A stretch of DNA of 52,470 bases, taken from assembly GCF_001194135.2 (NCBI RefSeq), contig NC_068983.1, forward strand, positions 5,440,840 to 5,493,309, read 5' to 3'. The translations under genes were made by a program, and so were the position numbers. This document shows positions 12,086 to 24,315 of this stretch, one piece after another. The notes beneath the pieces are model-generated. The model saw only the letters and a list, made by a program, of their open reading frames with translations. It was not told where the DNA came from and made no database searches. Numbering within the stretch: position 1 is the first letter of the stretch; each line of letters opens with the position of its first letter. Source of the DNA: Octopus bimaculoides (taxonomy: Eukaryota).

Positions 12086-12299
12086 CCGCCGCCTTAGCTA
12101 TGTGATGGTAAACCCGACAGCACAACGCACTGTTGAGTAAAGGTTCTTCGCTTTCGTAGAAGGTTTTAGATGACTTCGATGTTTTTTCTAGACCCCTAAT
12201 CCGCCACCTGCATTAGGTCTCTAGCACCATTGCTTGGCCTTAGGCTAACCTCAACGAAGTCCACTTTGATGCAAGCTCTCGGACTACGTCTCTAGTTTA

Positions 12300-12630
12300 T
12301 TTTCTTCTTGTTTCATTCATTGGAATGCGGCCATGCTTGGGCATTACCTTGAAGAATTTAGTCAAATAAATTGACCTCCATATCTAATTTTTTGAAGTTT
12401 GGTACATATTCTGTCGGTTTTATTTGCCGAAGCGCTAAGTAACGGGGGACGTAAGCAAACCAATACTGGTTGTAAAGTGATGGATGATGGGATCAAACAC
12501 ACACACGCACACACACACGAGATTCCACGCAGTTTCCGCATACCAAGTTGACTCACAAGGCACTGGTCAGCCTGAGGCTATAGTAGAAGTGGCGCATAGT
12601 CGAACTGAATCCGAAATCACATGGTTGCAG
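12300..12630 (-). mobile_element. SINE type B (tRNA head, CORE-like module, internal microsatellite, 3' body), degenerate
   Basis: Matches the copies at 25500, 38622 and 44385; short (AC)n at the internal position ~12497-12519. Confidence 0.75.
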
Positions 12631-12722
12631 AGTAACCCTGTCTGTGTCTGAGATAATAAAGATAAGCACTTATATCTTGCTTACAATCACTCAAGAATTG
12701 CAGGTTCTTCCTCTGCTTACAG

Positions 12723-12804
12723 CAATCTCACAGACCCTATGGAAGGTCAGGGGCACAACACGGCACGGCACTACATTTCCTCAACTGATGAAACCATTAA
12801 AAAT
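12723..12804 (+). CDS. Candidate 82-bp internal exon, unidentified
   Basis: Strong acceptor ttcttcctctgcttacAG and canonical donor GTAAGT. Two frames open (NLTDPMEGQGHNTARHYISSTDETIKN or ISQTLWKVRGTTRHGTTFPQLMKPLK). No homology recognised. Confidence 0.3.
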
Positions 12805-13509
12805 GTAAGTAGGTGATGATGGCCTCGTATAGCAAAGAATACGTGGACAAAGGTCGGTCATTCGGTAATCAGCTCAAATCGATTGTGGTTCTTATCTTGT
12901 TTCATGCAATGCCTTGTCTCTACATATCAAGTCATGAAATGAATCTGTTATAAGTATTCTGATCTAAGATCGTGTGCTGAAACTCAAGCGGTTGTAGCAT
13001 GGAAGACACAAGTCAGCCGGTCAGAAAATACACAAAGACTGTTAACCTCAGTTAAACATTTATTCGTGACATGGTATAAAACTTTTCGTTGTTAGTAAGT
13101 AGGTCGCAGTTTCGAGCGACGAAAATCTTGACACCATATCACAAATAAATATTTAAAACTGAAGTTAATAGTCTTTGTGTGCTTCTGATTGGCTAACTGC
13201 AATCGAATCTATTTTACTTTATGGCAGAAAATGAACCAGAGATCTAAAGAGATTGGACTGCTGACATACTTAAGCGTATTTCTAGTAGCTTTTTTTTTAT
13301 TATTTATTGTTTAACCAGTAATTCACCCGATGTTTGCAGCACTGGATTAACCGTTAAGTAAAATAAGCACGTACTCAGGGTATCAAAGGAAGGCGAACAC
13401 CACAGAAATGGTGAATAGCTCAGGAACAAAAGAAACCAAGTTAAATTCGATAAAACAATATTCGAATTGGCTTATATGATTGGAAAAGTAATTTCAAAGT
13501 GTTCATGGT

Positions 13510-13735
13510 GGCAAAGGGAGGATCTAATCAAAGACTTTGCAATTAAAAAAAGGCAGGAAACTTTACTTTTTAAGTATAGATAAACTGAAAGGATAAAAAA
13601 ATAAACATTATTTTCCATCTTACTGTTGCAAAAAACATTATTTTATGATTATTTTTTATATTTTAGATTACATATATAGAGGGGTACAAAAATTTTTAAA
13701 GGGCTTAGGACATCTATGGGTTTAATCCGTCCCTG
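13510..13735 (+). mobile_element. Possible hAT 3' end remnant
   Basis: gatctaatcaaagactttgcaattaaaaaaagg reads DLIKDFAIKK, like hAT C-termini; ends in ttaatccgtccctg (reverse complement CAGGGACGGATTAA), resembling hAT termini. Confidence 0.35.
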
Positions 13736-13854
13736 GATGTACGAAATATGAATAAATCTGGGTGGTATAGTTATTATAGGAATAATTTGTAAAATACATT
13801 TAAAATATACAAAATAATATGAGGAAAAAAATTAATATTTGCGGGTAAAAAGAT

Positions 13855-14390
13855 GTTGGGTTGGCAGAATCGTTAGACCGTCGTATAACTGCCTTGTAGG
13901 ATTCCATCCAGTTGTTTACGGTCTGAGTACAAATCTTACCGTGGAGATGCAATAGCCCAGTGGTTAGAGCAGCGGACTCACAGTCATAGGATCGGGGATT
14001 TCGATTTCCAGACCGGGTTCCAGCAGGGGGTGGTGGTGAACCCTGCTGTACTCTTTCACCACAACTTTCTCTCACTCTTACTTCCTGTTTCTGTTGTGCC
14101 TGTAATTCAAAGGGTCAGCCTTGTTACACTGTGTCACGCTGAATCTCCCCGAGAACTACGTTAAGAGTACACGTGTCTGTGGAGTGCTCAGCCACTTGCA
14201 CGTTAATTTCACGAGCAGGCTGTTCCGTTGATCGGATCAACTGGAACCCTCATCGCCGAAACCGACGGAGTGCCAGCCACGACGATGACAAATTTTACCG
14301 AATTTAACTTTCATCTTTCTGAGTTCGATAAAATAAATAACCAGTCAAGTCCTGGGATCGATGGAAGTGAAAAAAAATCCTCTCCTCAGG
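13855..14390 (+). mobile_element. Degenerate SINE-A split at its B box by a SINE-C
   Basis: Head ttggcagaatcgttag...gtctgagtacaaatcttaccg resumes after 14300 as aatttaactttcatctttctgagttcgataaaataaataaccagtc. Confidence 0.75.
13942..14287 (+). mobile_element. SINE type C with 13-bp TSD
   Basis: tRNA-like head (tagcccagtggttagagcagcggactcacagtc...tttcgatttcc), body matching 7911-8285. TSD acaaatcttaccg (13929-13941) / acaaattttaccg (14288-14300). Confidence 0.92.
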
Positions 14391-14404
14391 ATTACTGATT
14401 TTAG

Positions 14405-14590
14405 ATTGGCGAAATGGCAGAATCATTAAGGTGTCGAAAAATGCACCCTTGGGTGTTTCTTCCGGCTTCTTACAACCTCTTAAGGACTTCACCTTTTATC
14501 ATAAATGTAAGTACCAGTCAAGCATCGAGGGCAATAGTAACGATTAACCCTCCCTAATAACTGCTGGCCATGAGCCTAAATCAGGAAAGG
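14405..14590 (+). mobile_element. Highly degenerate SINE-A
   Basis: ggcgaaatggcagaatcatt head; gacttcaccttttatcataaatgtaagtaccagtc module; ggccatgagcctaaa tail. Confidence 0.55.
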
Positions 14591-14879
14591 TAAAAGTTGT
14601 CATATCTAATATGTTCTTTGTGCGTATGTATAAGAGAGAGGGGGAGAGAGACAGAGAGAAAGAAAGAGAGTATGTGTGCGTGGGGGTGACATGTTCTTTT
14701 CTCTCCTTTATTTTTCTCTCTCTCCATTTATCCTTTCTGGAGAAGAGCGCACGCTTAAAACATTAAAGATTTCTTCCAATTTTCTGAGTGGCAACAGATG
14801 TACCTGGCTTGTTTATTTATTTATTTTTTAAAATCTTGTCTTCGTGTTTTTATTTTTATTTTTGTGCCGTGTGAGTATA

Positions 14880-15360
14880 TATAGCCTTGTGAGTGGATAT
14901 GGTAGACAGAAACTGAAAGAAGCCCGTCGTATGTATGTATGTATGTATGTATGTATGTATGTATGTATGTATGTATGTATGCATGTATGTATGGATGGAT
15001 GGATGTACGTACGTATGTATGTATGTATGTAGTATGCCTGTATGTATGCCTGTATGTATGTATGTATGTCTGTATGTCTGTCTGTCTGTCTGTCTGTATG
15101 TATGTATGTCTGTATGTATGTATGTATGTAGTATGTCTGTATGTATGTATGTACGTATGTAGTATGTATGCATGTATGTATGCATGTATACATGTATGTA
15201 TGTATGGATGTATGTATGTATCCATGCATGCATGTATGTATGCATGTATGTATGTATGTATGCATACATGCATGTATGCATGCATATATGTATGCATGCA
15301 TGTATGTATGCATGTATGTATGCATATATGCATCTATGTATACATATTTACATGCATTCA
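14880..15360 (+). repeat. SINE-B fragment (14880-14930) running directly into a ~430-bp degenerate (TATG)n/(TGTC)n tract
   Basis: gccttgtgagtggatatggtagacagaaactgaaagaagcccgtcgt is followed immediately by atgtatgtatgt... Confidence 0.85.
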
Positions 15361-15599
15361 ATAGTAATGGCTCGAAACCTCTATGATATTTTGTGACATT
15401 GACTAACGAGGAAAATTCAGTCGCGAATATTCCGTGTAACGTGTCTTTACCTTAATTTCCCGTCCGTTAAGTTTTCGTCTAGTTTCCCGTTTTCTCTGCT
15501 TTCGTCCAACTTTTTCTCCTTGTTGTGTTCTTTCAGTTCAACCCTTGATACAATCATGTAGCACAATGCACACCCTGTTTGTTTACATACACACACACA

Positions 15600-16117
15600 C
15601 ATTAGGTCATCCCATAAATAATGCGGTTTTTTCAATTGGCTGAGCTAAAAGTCGGAGGGGGACGGGATAAACTATCTGCATCAACTTGCTATAAAAGCAG
15701 GTAGTAATTTTACCTTGTACTTATTCTTAGTGCAAGTTTTGGAGAGTGCGGTTCGATTTTAAGAGTTGATTTTTCAAAGCTATAATGGAAGTGACAAGGG
15801 AGCATATTTGGCATATTTTGCTTTATGAGTTCAATAAAGGCAACGACGCAACGGAAAGTGCGAGGAATATTAATGCAGTATATGGCGATCGGGCAATAAG
15901 CATAAACCGGTGTCAACGATGGTTCCGGAAATTTTGAGCCGGAAACTACTGCCTAAAAGATGAGCCTCTTCCTGAAAGATCTGTTGAGTTCGACGAGGAC
16001 GTCCTGCAAACCCTGGTCGAACAAAATGCCATCGTACCTGTTGAGCAACTAGCAGAGAAGCTTGGATTTGATCATTCAACCATTCATTGACACCTGTGTG
16101 CCATCGGAAAAGTCAGC
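15600..16117 (+). mobile_element. Mariner transposon 5' part: left TIR plus decayed N-terminal HTH coding region, truncated at a (TA)n tract
   Basis: TIR-like ttaggtcatcccataaataatgcggtttt at ~15602. From ATG 15785: MEVTREHIWHILLYEFNKGNDATESARNINAVYGDRAISINRCQRWFRKF*AGNYCLKDEP...DEDVLQTLVEQN...QLAEKLGFDHSTIH*HL, typical of Mos1/Hsmar-type HTH domains. Confidence 0.9.
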
Positions 16118-16118
16118 A

Positions 16119-16150
<32 letters not shown>

Positions 16151-16194
16151 CGTACACAAACGCACCTATCCATGAATACACATATACACACACA

Positions 16195-16332
16195 CACAGA
16201 GTTTCCTCCCATCAAATTCACTCATAAGGCATTGGTTGGCCCGTGGTTATGATAGAAAACACGTGCCCAAGGGCTCGCGCGGCGGGACTGAACCCCAAGC
16301 CACGTGATTGCAAAGAGAGCTTCTTAACCAAA
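16195..16332 (-). mobile_element. SINE-B 5' half, degenerate
   Basis: caaattcactcataaggcattgg...gcccaagg...gggactgaaccc matches the other B heads. Confidence 0.7.
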
Positions 16333-16786
16333 TAGCAATAATGCTTTAACAAAAAAACTGCAGGCCACTTTCGTGGTGGTGAATTCATCTGGAATATGTA
16401 GAAACAACGGTGTTGCTTCCAGGACAACAACGAAACGACTACAGCGGATCTGAACTCAATACAATGGCTTCTATGTCAGGCCATTTTGCCTCTACATTTA
16501 GAATTTGAGAAAGGGTTAAATATCATATTGTGGTTTTATGAATCACAGCAGCGCATTATCGATTTTTGTAGTAAGCTCATTCGCTCTTTCTCACTTTTTT
16601 TTTCACTTCTCTCACATTTTTTAATCTTTCTCACATTTTTATTTCTCTCACTTCTCCTTTTCACCCCATTTTCTCTGCATCCCCCCCTCTCTCTCTTTCT
16701 CTATCATGCCTTCTCTCTCTCGGTTTATTTCTGTCTCTCTCTTTATCTTTGTTTCTCTCTTTATCTCTGATTGTCTGCCTGATTCT

Positions 16787-16787
16787 G

Positions 16788-16842
<55 letters not shown>

Positions 16843-16865
16843 GTCTATGTATCTATCTATCTATC
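16787..16865. repeat. (TCTA)n microsatellite
   Basis: Directly visible. Confidence 0.95.
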
Positions 16866-18529
16866 TCAAGAGACGGGATCACCATCTTCCCGCCCAAACA
16901 GCCTCTTTTTACACTGGGCGGTTTTGCTTCCTTGTCGTTGTTAAACCGATAGGAAGCACCAAACTAAGTGCATTTCTATCCCCCATCCCTTATACGAAGC
17001 CAGTCTGCCTGCCCATGTTAAAGAACATACCAGTTTAGTGACGTTTGACTTTTATAGTCAAATGATATGACGCTAAAGGAGTGGGGGAAGATATTTTTTT
17101 TCCAGCTCTACAGTAACTAGGTACTTTAACTGCCAACTAGTAATAAATATAAGAAAAGCAGAGAGAGATTAAACCAGCATATTTCAATGGCCACATAATT
17201 TTAAACGGCCATTTTCTCATTAAAAGAAAAAAATACTGTTTTCCCTCGCTATTTTTTTTTAATTGAAGTTAATCTGTACACTGAAATTTTTATGACTGAC
17301 AAAAAAAAAAAAAAAAAAAAAAGAACCAACATTATTCTGAAATGTTTTTTTTAAACATTTTTTTTTTATTAAATTTATTCTATGTCTTGTTTGGAAAATT
17401 TTTCGATTAATTAATAAAAAAAAATTATTTTACTTCACGCTTTTTTTCAAACATTTTTTTCGGCCTCTCTGTTTAAGTCTCCAGCTCGTTAAAGAAACCC
17501 CCCCAGTTCGTAGTATTTTTCGCTTTCGATCAGAGGCTATTATGATTCTAACACCTTTGTTAGTTATGTTTTGTCTGTTAATTTTCTTTTGATGGTGTGG
17601 ATGGGAGTGATTCATTTAAACTTGATTCATTCTTCCACCCTGGGACAATATTTTTTTTATCGCAAATTTGACATGTCAATAAACTGATTACTTGTATTTT
17701 TACAATTTTTATAATTTTTATATAGTTTTTGTTTTGGGGTTGCCACGGAAATTTCTACAGATGAAACAGCTACCATCTTTTGTTTTCAATGACCTTCTAA
17801 AATGTTCCAGTTACAACGAAAATGGTTTAATAGAAGAGAAAAAACCCAAACAAACAAGAAAAAAAAAACCATATGAGATAAACGGAGCCAATAAAAACGA
17901 ATAATTTTACCAATTAGTCCCAGCTTAGTAGATTAACGAAAGCACACACAATAGTCTTACTAATGTGAGTGTCTTTTTTTTTAAAGACCATTAAAGTTTC
18001 TTCGGTAAGCGAGTAACTGGAGAGCTACAAGTAAACTAGTGGTGAAGTGAGATCGCGAATAGGTTTCAGTTCTTACTTGCTGTTATTTCAATTCCATTTA
18101 TGTCACAAATACACGTGAGGGAGAAGTTATGATCGCCATGATCCCTCGTCTCACCGACTCGAACCTCTATACTAAAATGAAGTACAGGCAACGTGGTGGT
18201 GGTGGTGGTGATAGGAGAACGACAACGAGACGATGATGTTGTTATTGCTGTGGGTATTGATGGTGACTATGAAGATGGTAGTGTGGGTGGTGCTGCTGCT
18301 GCTGCTTCTGATGATGATGATTTTGCTAACGATAATGATGATGGTTAGGATAATGGTGACTGACGATGATGTCACCGAACAATATATTTCCTCTCATCCT
18401 TTGACGTGGTTGGACAAGAAACTCAAACAGCCGGGATTCATAGTACGGGTTATACTGTTCATCCTTTCGATCGCTGAATACAAAACGTGGCTCGCCAGAC
18501 CTCCTCCGTTCGGGTGATTTTTCTGAATC

Positions 18530-18715
18530 ACACGATCTCAAACTTGTGCGCCAATCCATTCCAAAGTTATCCATTTGCAGCTGAGTGAACTGGATCAACA
18601 TAAAATGAAGTGTTTTACTGAAAAACATAACGCACAGCCTATCTGAGAATCGAAAGCACGATCTCGTGTTCGTGGGTTCAACGCTCTAACCATTAGGCCA
18701 CGAAACTTCACACAG
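18530..18715 (-). mobile_element. SINE type D (tRNA head plus CORE-like module), degenerate
   Basis: Reverse complement gtggcctaatggttagagcg...ttcgattctc...aaaacacttcattttatgttgatccagttcactcagctgcaaatg matches 20412 and 28883. Confidence 0.7.
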
Positions 18716-19253
18716 TATATAGTCACAAAAGAACGAAAACATCAACCACTTTGAAAATAAGTTTGATACAAGATGGATGAAGAATCAAACGGTGCTTCCA
18801 CACGTAAAACAAAATCCCACGAAGAGACACACAATCTTGAAGAATATTGAAATCAAATTCTTTCGTCATGAATAAGATGAACAAGTTTTGCGTTTCAGGA
18901 AGGGCTATTCGTCAGAAAAGGAGTGACAGGGTTACCGGATACGCCAATTGTTACTACTTCACATTTTTAATCATACATCATGAAACTACACATTTTCGGG
19001 TGTGGGCAGAGTCGTTTACATTGCTCCCCTAAAACATAGTCACTTTGTTAAGAAGCTGACTTCAGAATCATTTGGTTCTTGGTTTGATTTCACAGTACAA
19101 CACTGAGAGCAAAGAAGTTTCTTCAACCTTAATCTCGGGACCAGCCGAAGCTTTGTGAAATTAGATCGATGAAAACAGTACGGAAGCGTTTCGGACTGTG
19201 CTTCATATGTGAGACACTTAATTCATCGCTTCAATGTTTATGTATATACACAC

Positions 19254-19254
<1 letters not shown>

Positions 19255-19316
<62 letters not shown>

Positions 19317-19334
19317 CATCTATCTGTCTGTCTT

Positions 19335-19388
<54 letters not shown>

Positions 19389-19445
19389 ACACACTCACAC
19401 TTACACACACACACTCACACTTACACACACACACACACACGCAAA
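19255..19445. repeat. (TATC)n followed by (AC)n
   Basis: Directly visible. Confidence 0.95.
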
Positions 19446-19949
19446 TACGTACATATATTTATAGCTTTCTGTAATGTTTATGTATCGACCGGTTTTAATT
19501 TTTTAAAGATAATGATTTCATAGTTAATGTTAAAGTTTCCTGATTTCATGACGAGCGGTTGTTGGCGATGTTGTTATAATTTCTTAATAAATGTTAATGA
19601 TAGCATGGGAGTTAACAAATGATTGTCATTGGCCATAGCAGAGAAGATAATAAGTGGAATGTCCATTCTCTTCCATTAATTGTAATAGTTAATATTAACG
19701 CAACTTTGAAATATGAAGCTGGTCATATATATGTTGTGTTATTTCGAATACTTATGATTTGATCTTCAAGGTACTTTAGTCATTTTTGCATGCGTTTTCG
19801 AATTTGTTTTCTTCAAAGACGAGGTTTCATATTTCAAAGAAAATCGCTCTCAAGTCAGAATTAGGAACAATTCAGAAATTAGAAATACATCAAAAATAAG
19901 AAATGATTTTAAAGACAGAAACATCAATTTTCTCAAGCAATGAAAAATA

Positions 19950-20330
19950 ATCAAAGAAATACATTTGAATCTCGTCCAAGGAACACTGATTGAGGAAGTC
20001 CATTTAATAATCTTAGAGAACAAAATCGCATTTCAAACTACACTAATGGAGTTACAAATACTGATATTTCAAACCAACGTAATTACACTAACTGATATTT
20101 TTCATGCCCTGCCCAGAAGAACAGAGATATACGTTGGAAAAAACCAAAAGTAATACATTTATCAAAGAAACCGTTAACAATACAAAAAAATCGATATACT
20201 ATCAAAATAACAAAATCACTAAGAAAGTTCAGGAACTCTTTTTTAGCACTGTATTAGAGAAGCATTTGGAGATTAAATGGATTAAAAATTTTACGTAGTA
20301 TTCAATACAGAATGGAATTCAGCCAAGACA
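19950..20330 (+). mobile_element. Possible decayed Penelope-like retroelement N-terminal coding region
   Basis: Frame reads RWKKPKVIHLSKKPLTIQ then, after a one-base shift in an A run, IDILSK; resembles the PLE VxNLSxxxLTxxExxLLSKGLKF motif. Confidence 0.3.
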
Positions 20331-20411
20331 AACAATAATTTCTAGATATTTTAGATATGAAAGTCTACAACTAAGTCAGAATAGGGATATATTATAGATC
20401 TATAAACTTGA

Positions 20412-20700
20412 ATGGAGGTGTGTGACCTAGTGGTTAAACTGTTGCACCAGGATCGTAAAATCGTAGTTTCGATTCCTGATCCAGGCGATGCGTTGTGTTC
20501 TCGAACAAAACATGGTTTCATGTTACTGCAGTCCATTCAGCTTTAAGTGAGTTTCAGTAAATAACTGGGAAGTTCACCTTTCGATGGACTGGCGTCATAT
20601 CCAAGGAGAGATGTTATAATGCCTATCGCTTATGTGCCATGGAAACCGGGTTAATACTCGGCGTTATGAATTATAAGGCTCAAGACGGACCTACGTCGCC
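20412..20700 (+). mobile_element. SINE type D, near full length
   Basis: tRNA head ctagtggtt...gtttcgattcc, CORE-like tgtgttctcgaacaaaaca...cagtccattcagct, then cgatggactggcgtc...ggaaaccggg. Confidence 0.75.
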
Positions 20701-20789
20701 TATAAACTTCTTGGAGTAATAACTGGTATATGCCTCGTCTACCTCGAAGCACACTAGAATAATGTTCCTTTTAATTTCGTTTCAAATTT

Positions 20790-20970
20790 TAGCACAAGGT
20801 CAGTAATTTCACGGTGAGGGTAAGTCGATTACATTGACCCCAGTGCTAAACTGGTACTTATTTTATCGACCCCGAAATGAAGGACAAAATCGACCTCAGT
20901 TGAATTTGAATTCAGAGCATAAAGACGGACGAAATGTCGCTGAGCATTTTGTCCGGCATAGTAACAGTAC
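20790..20970 (-). mobile_element. SINE-A, degenerate
   Basis: ctggtacttattttatcgaccccgaaatgaagg...tgaatttgaattcagagcataaagacggacgaaat. Confidence 0.8.
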
Positions 20971-21189
20971 TGGGGATACAAACATATGAACAAAGATACA
21001 TATGAACAAAGCACACACACACACGCACGCACACACACACGCACACACACGACGAGCTTCATTCTGCATAAAATTTAATCAGAAGGATTTCAGACCATTT
21101 TCTTATCTAATCTCCCTATAACTTATCCTGAGGTTTTCTGGTTATTATTCAATGCATCCATCCATCCATCCATACATACATACATACAT

Positions 21190-21835
21190 TGCTTCAACCA
21201 ACTCATCCAGGACCATTGTGAGTCGAACAATATTGTGACTGATGAAGAGGCTGGTGGAAAAAAGGGAGTGTGGGGTTGTGCCGGACAACTTTTAATAAAC
21301 AAAGCTGTATTGTCTGAAGTAAGAAAACAGCGTAGAAACCATTGTGACAGTATGGCTTGACTATAAGAAGGCATTCGACTCTATCCCTCATTCATGGCTG
21401 TTGAAGTGCCTAAACCTGGCAAAAGTACCCACCACTCTAATTGCTGCTATAGAGAGACTCACAAAGACGTAGACATCAGTTCTCAGCCTTCGAACTGAGA
21501 ACAAAATAATTGTTTCAGATAGGCATCTCGAAGGGAATATTTCAGGGATATAGCCTTTCCGCACTTCTTTTCATTTTGGCACTGAATCTATTATCGTTTC
21601 CACTACAGAAAACAAATGGTTACTTGCTGGGATCTTCAACTGTTAGCAATATCAATGTAACTCATAAGTTCTTTGAAGACGACCTGAAGATTTATGCTAA
21701 AAGTGTTAACAATGCCAAAAAACAACGAGAATTCATAACAACGTTTTCAGCTGATATAAGGCATGGAATTTGGCCACAAGAAATGTGCATATTTGGTTAT
21801 AGAACGAGAAAAGTCAGTCCCCCAAACCCAAAACC
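21190..21835 (+). mobile_element. R4/Dong-type LINE reverse transcriptase fragment with frameshifts
   Basis: DEEAGGKKGVWGCAGQLLINK...VWLDYKKAFDSIPHSWL...GIFQGYSLSALLFILALN...THKFFEDDLKIYA: recognisable RT motifs including the (Y/F)xDD box. Confidence 0.9.
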
Positions 21836-21964
21836 TGATGCCCATGGATACTACGTATTACACTGTGATCATCTCAGTGATCTTAAGAGACAAGTGATTT
21901 GTGGAAACGCGCGTAACGATGCATTAAATATTCATGAATTGCATCCAAGGATTTTTGTTATTCT

Positions 21965-22002
<38 letters not shown>

Positions 22003-22172
22003 GTGTGTGTGTGTAATTATAAATACGTATATATACATATATGTGTATATATACACATATATGCGTATATACATACATATACAGGTGTGTGTATGCATTT
22101 ATATATGTATATTTGTATGTATGTATATATGTTTGTATGTATGCATCCTTTGTGTTCTGTTTTTAATTTATG

Positions 22173-22203
<31 letters not shown>

Positions 22204-24275
22204 NNNNNNNNNNNNNNNNNNNNNNNNNNNNNNNNNNNNNNNNNNNNNNNNNNNNNNNNNNNNNNNNNNNNNNNNNNNNNNNNNNNNNNNNNNNNNNNNN
22301 NNNNNNNNNNNNNNNNNNNNNNNNNNNNNNNNNNNNNNNNNNNNNNNNNNNNNNNNNNNNNNNNNNNNNNNNNNNNNNNNNNNNNNNNNNNNNNNNNNNN
22401 NNNNNNNNNNNNNNNNNNNNNNNNNNNNNNNNNNNNNNNNNNNNNNNNNNNNNNNNNNNNNNNNNNNNNNNNNNNNNNNNNNNNNNNNNNNNNNNNNNNN
22501 NNNNNNNNNNNNNNNNNNNNNNNNNNNNNNNNNNNNNNNNNNNNNNNNNNNNNNNNNNNNNNNNNNNNNNNNNNNNNNNNNNNNNNNNNNNNNNNNNNNN
22601 NNNNNNNNNNNNNNNNNNNNNNNNNNNNNNNNNNNNNNNNNNNNNNNNNNNNNNNNNNNNNNNNNNNNNNNNNNNNNNNNNNNNNNNNNNNNNNNNNNNN
22701 NNNNNNNNNNNNNNNNNNNNNNNNNNNNNNNNNNNNNNNNNNNNNNNNNNNNNNNNNNNNNNNNNNNNNNNNNNNNNNNNNNNNNNNNNNNNNNNNNNNN
22801 NNNNNNNNNNNNNNNNNNNNNNNNNNNNNNNNNNNNNNNNNNNNNNNNNNNNNNNNNNNNNNNNNNNNNNNNNNNNNNNNNNNNNNNNNNNNNNNNNNNN
22901 NNNNNNNNNNNNNNNNNNNNNNNNNNNNNNNNNNNNNNNNNNNNNNNNNNNNNNNNNNNNNNNNNNNNNNNNNNNNNNNNNNNNNNNNNNNNNNNNNNNN
23001 NNNNNNNNNNNNNNNNNNNNNNNTTTCCGTATTCCCGAGCGTCATACTAATATATACTTTTGTTATTTACACCACCTGTCCTCGTCTGTTGTTATTTTTT
23101 GTATATTCTCCCATATATAAATATATAGTTTTAGGGAAAAGAACCAAGGTTCATGAACTCATCGATGAAAATTGTGCTTTTAATTATTTAATTTTATTGT
23201 GCTTTTAATTATTAATTTTTCTATATGTGAGTGGATTTGTATGCATGTATGTATGTTTGTATGTTTGTAAGTATGTATGTATGTAGGCAAGTTTGTATAT
23301 CTTCGAACGTATACCAATGCTCTCGTACATTCGTACTTACACGTTCTAAAGTATGAAAAGTGGGAGGAAAAGGGAAAAATGAAGAGAAAAAGACAACTAG
23401 AGAGACACAGAAACACACATACACATATATAGAGAGAGGGGAGGTGAGAGAGGGAGGAGAGAGAGAGTGAAAGATAGAATGTGGTCAAGAAAGAAGGAGG
23501 AGGAAGCCAAAAACAAATAAAGACATATAGGGTTTACAACAAAGAAAAAAAAAAAGAAAAAATGCTGTAAAAACGGATTAAATGAGAGAAAGTTTAAAAG
23601 AAAAGGAAGTGGTGTGTTGAAGAGAGAATAATAAGGAGTAAACCTCATTCTCCTTAAAACCTCTACTTAAAAATCACAATGGAAGGGAGTTAGCGATACA
23701 ACAATAATAACGGATGATTATCTGAACAGCCAAAGCCAAACTCCGTGGTTAATGAAAAACTTAACCATAATCCAATTAAATATATTTTTTATCTTTATTT
23801 TTATGTTTATGTTTTTGCTAGATATTATTTCTCTGCTTTTAAAATTGGTATTGAACCTACTTTAAGGTGTTAACCATACTTTGTGTCCACCCAGGGAAGT
23901 TCGTTCTTATTAAGTCTGAATTCTACGACAGATATATATATATATATATATATATATANNNNNNNNNNNNNNNNNNNNNNNNNNNNNNNNNNNNNNNNNN
24001 NNNNNNNNNNNNNNNNNNNNNNNNNNNNNNNNNNNNNNNNNNNNNNNNNNNNNNNNNNNNNNNNNNNNNNNNNNNNNNNNNNNNNNNNNNNNNNNNNNNN
24101 NNNNNNNNNNNNNNNNNNNNNNNNNNNNNNNNNNNNNNNNNNNNNNNNNNNNNNNNNNNNNNNNNNNNNNNNNNNNNNNNNNNNNNNNNNNNNNNNNNNN
24201 NNNNNNNNNNNNNNNNNNNNNNNNNNNNNNNNNNNNNNNNNNNNNNNNNNNNNNNNNNNNNNNNNNNNNNNNNNN

Positions 24276-24311
<36 letters not shown>

Positions 24312-24315
24312 ATAT

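Noticed and set aside
13942-14015. tRNA-like sequence
   Set aside because: It is the head of SINE-C, continuing into the shared body and flanked by a TSD
15447-15580. Minus-strand candidate exon ending in AAG|GTAAAG (KLDESRENGKLDEN)
   Set aside because: No pyrimidine-rich acceptor; peptide derives from a purine-rich tract
17301-17322. Poly-A run suggesting a processed pseudogene tail
   Set aside because: No upstream coding similarity, polyadenylation signal or TSD identified
21510-22016. 168-aa ORF as an intact reverse transcriptase gene
   Set aside because: Only one frameshifted piece of a decayed LINE; its C-terminal part is out of frame and microsatellite-derived
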